Assembly (NCBI GenBank): GCA_964658305.1
Contig: OZ210885.1
Location: forward strand, 22,320,001 to 22,384,000
DNA: 64,000 bases
Origin: Leptogorgia sarmentosa
Taxonomy: Eukaryota
Reading direction: 5' to 3'
Part shown: positions 57,784 to 64,000 of the stretch, piece after piece
Layout: each line of letters begins with the position of its first letter
Numbering within the stretch: position 1 is the first letter of the stretch
Notes under the pieces: model-generated
What the model saw: the letters and a program-made list of their open reading frames with translations, nothing else
Told to the model about the DNA's origin: nothing
Databases searched by the model: none
Position numbers and translations under genes: made by a program

Positions 57784-60700
57784 TCAAGGGTTTGGAAAAC
57801 CAACCCTCCCAAATTTCAAAGCAATGTTCATTGATTTGAAAAATCCATTTTTCGAACTATGCACAGTTGGTAGTCTTAATAAAGCTGTGCATGAAGAGGT
57901 TGTTGGAAGGGTTTTGGCATCATCATCAGGCAAGAACACCACCTTCAACCGCTTGACCAGACCTCCAAATGGGATGATGGTCCACCCAGTCCAGAACTGT
58001 AATAGCGCTCGGAGTCTGGAATCCCCGGGAAAATCTTCATCTTCCTCTTCATTTAAGTATGCAAGAAACCATTCGTGTGCTTGGCGTTCGGAAAAGCTCT
58101 TGGTTTCAACATTGATGATCATTTCTTTTAGAGAATCGACAGTGATTGGTTGATACTCTGCACCAGTAAATAAGACCTTGCAAGTTTCTTTATGCTTTCG
58201 AAGAAAATCAAGGAAGCCAAGATGCTTCAGGCCATCTGAAAACTCCTCAATCTCGTTCTTTCGAGACACAAGTAGCTCATGGAAAATCAGGTGCTGCAGT
58301 AGAAATTCCTTGCTTGATATATCCACAATTTTTTCTTTGGGCCATCTTGAAGAATTAATTATTTGCCAGTGTGCCTCACTCCTTACATTCTCCTCTAATA
58401 GTGCATGAACATCTTCATCAGTTGTGCAACTTTCAAGGGCTGTAAGGAATTCATGCAGTAGAGCAGTTGAGGCATCAAGAGGAATGTGCTCTTTCTTCAT
58501 TTGGGTTGCTATCTTATCTTCTTCCTCTCCTATTATCTGAGAGTAGATGTGAGGTGCCAAGTATGGGAAGCCAATGGAACTTTGCTGCAAAAAGGCATGA
58601 CTTATTACAACTCCTGCCAATTGAAACAACACACCTTTTGTTGCATCTTTGATAGGAACCATGTTCCTTTCAGCACCTTCAAACAAACGTGCCTTGATTT
58701 CGTTTAGAGCCAAAGTAAAAAATTCAATCTTCATTGCCCCACCATCAAGGCCTTCTTCACCGTCAAATGCAACATATAATTCTTTTTGGAGAATATCAGG
58801 CTTAGAAAGTGCTTTTTTGTAGAACTTCACAATATCTAACCAAAATGTCTCTCTGTCAACAAGAATGTGTTCTTCACCACGTAATTGACTCTCTTCAACA
58901 AATTTGTCGATAAGTTCCTCCAAGGGTAAATTTTCTTTTGTTTCCAACTTTTTGTCAAGTAGCAAACAGGCTGCTTGGTCAATGGAAATGGCAACAGATG
59001 CAATTTCTTCCAGGGTTTTATCATCTTCATCAGGAAATGCATCTTTGAGGTCGGACAACCAGCACTGGGCAGAGGTAGTTGGTAGATCTGACAAGAAGAT
59101 ATCGATTGCAGACTGTGACTTTGAGGAGTTTGGAAGAGATAAACTGGGTTGAGGGATTGTGGCATTTTCTGAGATCCTCATCATGTCACTGACATTGCCA
59201 TCATCACTATCCTCAGAAACATCAAGTTCATCATTTTCAGAGTCATCTGGGATTGTTGTGATATCGCCATCATTATTTGTAGATGAGCAACTTGCAGAAT
59301 GTTCACGTAAGGAGAAAATTGGCACTTGCTCTTTACATGTCGTACATTCTGTCAAAGGACTGCCAGGGCTGACTGAAATAGCAGCTTTTTTCAACGACAA
59401 TGATGTTTTAATGGGTCGAATGTATATGGTGGTATTTGAACCAACCATATCTTTAAGGTATGGGATACTGTACCCAGTTGATGGAATTGGGATTAGACAT
59501 AATGGGCGAGAGTAACCACCACCTTCTGCGCGCATTAGTTCGAATGCACCGTCTTGTGATTTAAGTTGGGGATATTCTGTTTCCAACACTGCCTTGAGCT
59601 TGGAAAAATCAGCATTTTTGTTGGGGAAAACTATTCGTTTCTTCCCCAGACCAGCTTCTTTTAAGGTACTGAGAAGCCTCAAATTAGGAGTGGTGATCTG
59701 ACCAGTTCCAGATAGCAAACAAAAGTCATGAGTCCAAGAAGTTTTTGGTTGAATAAAAACAACTTTTTGTCTTTTTGGTGGTCTTGGGCCTAGGTTTTGT
59801 AACCTTTGTCCTCCACCACCAAGGCTGGGGAAGGCTTGCCTACAAATATGAATTAATTACAGTATTAACATAAATTCGATTCAAATGGACAAAAGCTATG
59901 AGTCGACAATTTGTTAAGAAAAGAAATTATACAACATGGTCTATTTTCAGCCATATATGTTTGTCATATGGCAACTGATATGCAACAGTCCTAGTGCAGC
60001 TACGTATTTTGGTAATATGCCAATCATATAGGGATGGCCCCTAATATCTATATATGTTGTACTATTAAAAACAAGTCCTTCACAAAATATGTGATGCTCT
60101 TTTTTGCCAATTTCTTACTCCCCCCATGTGGCAGTATGTGACAGTTTGAGTTACCCCCTTCAAATATATACATTGTTATTGGGCATATTGCATTTAATAT
60201 CCGTGCCCCCCTGTTGAGGACATGTCTTCTAAAACCAACACCCTCCTGGATATTCCAAGCATTCTTTCCCTTCAACCCCTGGAAACTTGGCTTTTTGGTA
60301 AGGGATGCCTGGAATTCTAAGGTTTTCTAGTTGTTAACTCTTGGAAATTGCAATTTTTACATGGGCCCCTTGGAATTCCATTGAGAATAGATTGCTATCC
60401 CCTGGATTTCCTTGCCACCCTTGCACTTTCTACATGGGTACCCTGGAATTCCACTGGGAAATAGTTAGATAGTTACCCCCTGGAATTTACATTATTTACT
60501 AGGCCCCCTTGGAATTTCCATTTTTATGGATCCCCCTGGATTTTTGCCTCTTTATAACCCCCTCCCCTTGGATTTCCAAGGTCGTTTGATCAACTTTACC
60601 CCTGGATTTTTGTATTTTAATCACCCCGTCCCCTGGATTTTCCAAGGTCCTCAACAGGGGGGTACGGATATTAAATGCAATATGGCATTGCTGTTTGTAG

Positions 60701-61453
60701 TAGACTATAGAACAGAAATATTAAGTTCATTGTATTTTGGATTGTTGTATAGTGATCTCCTCATTTTATAGATCACTATACAAAGCTTGTAATACCCCTC
60801 CTCCCCAATGTGACAGTATGCGACTCCTGGTCAACCCCCCCCCTACCGCTACGAGCGTGCCCAACGTCACGTATTTTGCGAATGGCCGTTAATACCTATA
60901 TATAGCTTTAAAAGTTCATAAACCTACACAAAACATATCACTTTTTGATTTATTTTGAAAACATACTATGTCCATAGACAGTCTTAAAAATTTTAGTTAT
61001 TTATTCAACCGGTATTTATTATTCCGTATGATAAACTTTTAAATTTCTCGAACGTGAGCCAAGAGGTCGAATGGCGAATGCGAAGTTGTGAATTTTACAT
61101 AAATTTACATTTCAAATTTAAATGCTACACATTTGCATGCATGATGTAGAACATTTGCATCTATAATGTACAAACCTAAAATTACGTTGTGCGGCTTGAC
61201 CAAAAGTTTCATTTGATACGGGCGTAGAACTGGAGGAAGCTGTGGATACAGGCAAAGATGCCAAAGACGAAGGTCGCGAAGCTGTAGATGGTGCAGGCGA
61301 AGGCCGCGAAGCTGTAGATACAGGCGAAGCTGTGGGTTGTAGATTTTGTACCGAATTAGGACTTGGCTGTGGAAGATTACATGTACGACGTTCTATTTGC
61401 TCAATAGCCCCTTTTAAAACAGAAACCACATGGCTAATAGGATTTTCCGCCAT
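57784..61453 (-). CDS. HECT E3 ubiquitin ligase with UBZ-like and CUE-like domains (2 exons, ~777 aa)
   Basis: Exons 61453-61176 and 59839-57784 join in frame via a GT-AG intron; FDGEEGLDGGAMKIEFF, LLQFWTG and LPTTSSC (catalytic Cys). Confidence 0.85.
60181..60686. mobile_element. Harbinger-type MITE in the HECT intron
   Basis: ~38-bp TIR catattgcatttaatatccgt(g/a)cccccctgttgaggac; flanking att; many internal cccctggaattcc-like motifs. Confidence 0.78.
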
Positions 61454-63640
61454 TTTGCGAGTTAAACAATGAGAGTAGTAATTAATTCCAATTATGCAAA
61501 TTATGTGAAATTATAATAATAAATTAGTTGCATTACCCGCTGATCATACAAACCGTAATGTTCAACGCAAAGAAATGAAACCGCTGTACTCGAATAAAAG
61601 AAGACCGACGCGATGATGTGAAACGGGAAACGACGAAGAATAATGAACAAAGCGACGAAAACTAAAATGCGATGCGACGAACTGAACTGTGCGTGCAATT
61701 TAGAAACAGCGACACGTTGACATAACCTCCAACTCGACGAATAGTTAACTAGCCCTACGATAACTAAAACGAATTTTGTCCCCTGCCTAACTCCATAGTT
61801 TTCCTCTTCACTTCCGTGGGGATCGTGTTTCATTTTTCGCTACTAATCTTATTTCTGCGCAACAAGATCCTGAGATAGCAAGTGCAAAGATCTCTAAAGA
61901 ATTAGCGGCAGGTCGAATTGCTGGACCATTCGATCGCCCGCCTTTTCCTAATTTTCGTGTTTCACCCTTAGGGGTTGTGCCTAAAAAAGCTCCTGGCGAA
62001 TATCATAATACAACAAAACGTATAACAAACTGTCAAAAGTGAATGCTGTTTTCCTACATAAACTTTTATTCATTTGTATGAATACATAATTTATTTACCC
62101 TATAAGTCTATGTTCAATACTGAACATTATAAACTGAAATATATAAATATAATATCAAGGCTAAGTTCATGGAAATAATTTCCCTATACTTAGCTGTTAA
62201 TTACAGAACAGAACAAAGTTGTAATGAGGTCAAAATGTGGTGAATGCTTTTCCTTCTGACCGAAATGCTGTGCGGATTGTGGTATTGAAGGAATCCTGAT
62301 CCTGATCTTTTAGTGCACTTGGTATTGTAACTTCATTAGACATGTAGATGCAAACATTTCCATTGAATCAGTTGGTGTGACTGTAATTTTTTGCCATGGT
62401 AATGTACCAAGTGCTGTTACAAATTTCATCAATGCCGATAGCTCTGTATAAGAATGTTATACATGTGAATTGGTATCATGCATAAATGATTTGGTGTAAT
62501 AAACATGAAAATTATAATTCACGCTGGCGCGAACTAGCTGTAGATTGGGTCATTTCCGGTTGACTTCTATTATGCAATGCGCCCGGGATCGAGTTTGGGC
62601 AAGAAAATCTGTGCTAACCCGCATTTCCTGTCTTTTAATGAGCCCTTGTAAGTACGGGTAATATGTAGCTGGAAATGGCGGGCAACAGGAAGGATCTATT
62701 GAATGTGAGCTACACTATGATATGAATTTCGCCTGTGTTTTCGCCTCAAATCGTCTGATATTCATCTATGATTGAGAGCGAAATTGTGCCTCTTGGTGTG
62801 CAAGATAATTCAAAGTAAGTCATTCAAGATATATTTGCGGGGTTTTGAAGATCAAATATAAAAATTCAAAATCATACGAATATTGTATGATATTTTTTCT
62901 CATTAAAAATGTATTTATTCATGACCAGTCGTGCTTGACCAAAATTTTAAATCAATGCTTTTTCAGAGCACACGTAACAAGAAGTGTAGATTTAATCTTG
63001 GAGAATATCAACGAGTGAAAAAGCAAGTCATAGAGAGTGATTTACTAAAGAAGGCTCCAAATGAACAGAAAATCAAGGAATCCAGACTTCTGTTGCAAAA
63101 TCAAGAGGCTGAGCTCCAGGAAATTGCTAAGAAATTGCATTCTACTCAGGCACTTATATCGAAGAAAAAGCGAAAGGTATATATTTTCATGTATTATATA
63201 ATACAAAAGCCCACAGACACATCTTGGGGGGGGGGGGGGCATATTTATATATGTGCTAAATACTATGTTTTAATAATTAATACATTTCATTAGATTGATC
63301 AACTGAAGGAAAATGATTTAGTGGGCAACAGCATTGATTGTTCTAAGCCTGTGAAAAGATCGAGAAAGTCAAGCAGAATTTTGGACTCCTCTAGTGAGAA
63401 GTTGGACCTATCCAGATCACAACAAAGTAGAAGGAAACAAGACTGTCGCAGCTATGAAAACCATCCATTGTGGAACAGATATGAAGCCGGATGAAAGTTT
63501 AAAGTCTGTGAAGGATGGGTTATGGACAACTTTAATCGGAACATGTACAAATTCTGAGTTGTCATCCTATATATCGCAATCAAAATTGTGTACTGGAAGA
63601 ATTTTACCTAGCATCGTTAAGGACAAATGCAAAGAGTATA

Positions 63641-64000
63641 CCGGGTGTCCCAAAAAAAAGTACCTATTTTTAATTCAACAATAACTTATAAACGAACTAA
63701 AGAATTACAATCAAATAATCCATATTTAGTTGAGTAATGTCTAACTTAAAGTTTGATATATTACATATGAAGTTTGAACGAGTAGTTTCCGAGATATTCG
63801 CGTTTAAAGACACGGTAACGTTTTGAAATTTGTCAAAAATCAGCAAAAAATGGCCTGTTAAATTTGAATCAACAATACCGGTTCGTAACATGATTTCTTG
63901 TAACTTATTTTTTAGTTTTTTGAGAAAATGCGTTTTTTACTTGTTCTTATTCATCTGCAAATTGATGTCCACCAGCATCAACACACTTTCTTGCCCGTGT
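63641..64000 (+). mobile_element. Left end of a Tc1/mariner-like element
   Basis: ta|ccgggtgtcccaaaaaa interrupts ORF 63394; the other end is not in the window. Confidence 0.45.

Larger units (their letters stand above)
54426..61797 (+). mobile_element. IS3EU-type DNA transposon with 462-bp TIRs, transposase and HECT gene
   Basis: TIRs 54426-54887 and 61336-61797; TAT..ATA ends; 6-bp TSD gttttc (54420-54425, 61798-61803). Confidence 0.92.
54300..62006 (+). pseudogene. Ngaro-type reverse transcriptase N-terminus, split by an IS3EU-type element and truncated
   Basis: LPTPVQIDRL..SGFQFGF|PLHF..KELAAGRIAGPF..RVSPLGVVPKKAPGEY rejoins across TSD gttttc (54425/61804). Confidence 0.85.

Noticed and set aside
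57784..59718. Host G2E3 orthologue
   Set aside because: No PHD/RING N-terminus, and it is enclosed by TIRs and a TSD inside a retroelement.
62540..63640. Exon-like ORFs 62931-63293 and 63394-63684
   Set aside because: Probably a spliced TE gene fragment, but no motif could be recognised, so it is left uncalled.

Overview
AT-rich eukaryotic DNA, most likely from a marine invertebrate such as a cnidarian (inferred from TE families, GT/GC-AG introns and hairpin repeats). Almost the whole 64 kb is nested mobile DNA and no clear host gene is visible. The centrepiece is a decayed but complete ~29.8 kb Maverick/Polinton endogenous virus (21823-51608, AGTAGT termini, 6-bp TSD aataat). It carries integrase, minor and major capsid, core protein, adenain protease, packaging ATPase and pPolB. 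Its unusual extras are tRNA-like genes in both TIRs, three short spliceosomal introns in pPolB, a collagen-shaft fibre with an adenovirus-fibre-like N-terminus, a second penton-like gene and a triple GRF zinc-finger gene. To its left are a DIRS fragment, a MULE containing a solo LTR and a piggyBac that itself holds a Helentron with DUB and RPA cargo, and an IS3EU-type transposase split by a Gypsy and a Harbinger. To its right is an Ngaro/DIRS-like element split by an IS3EU-type transposon with 462-bp TIRs and an intact UBZ-CUE-HECT ligase gene. All family and domain calls come from motif recognition by eye, without database searches.
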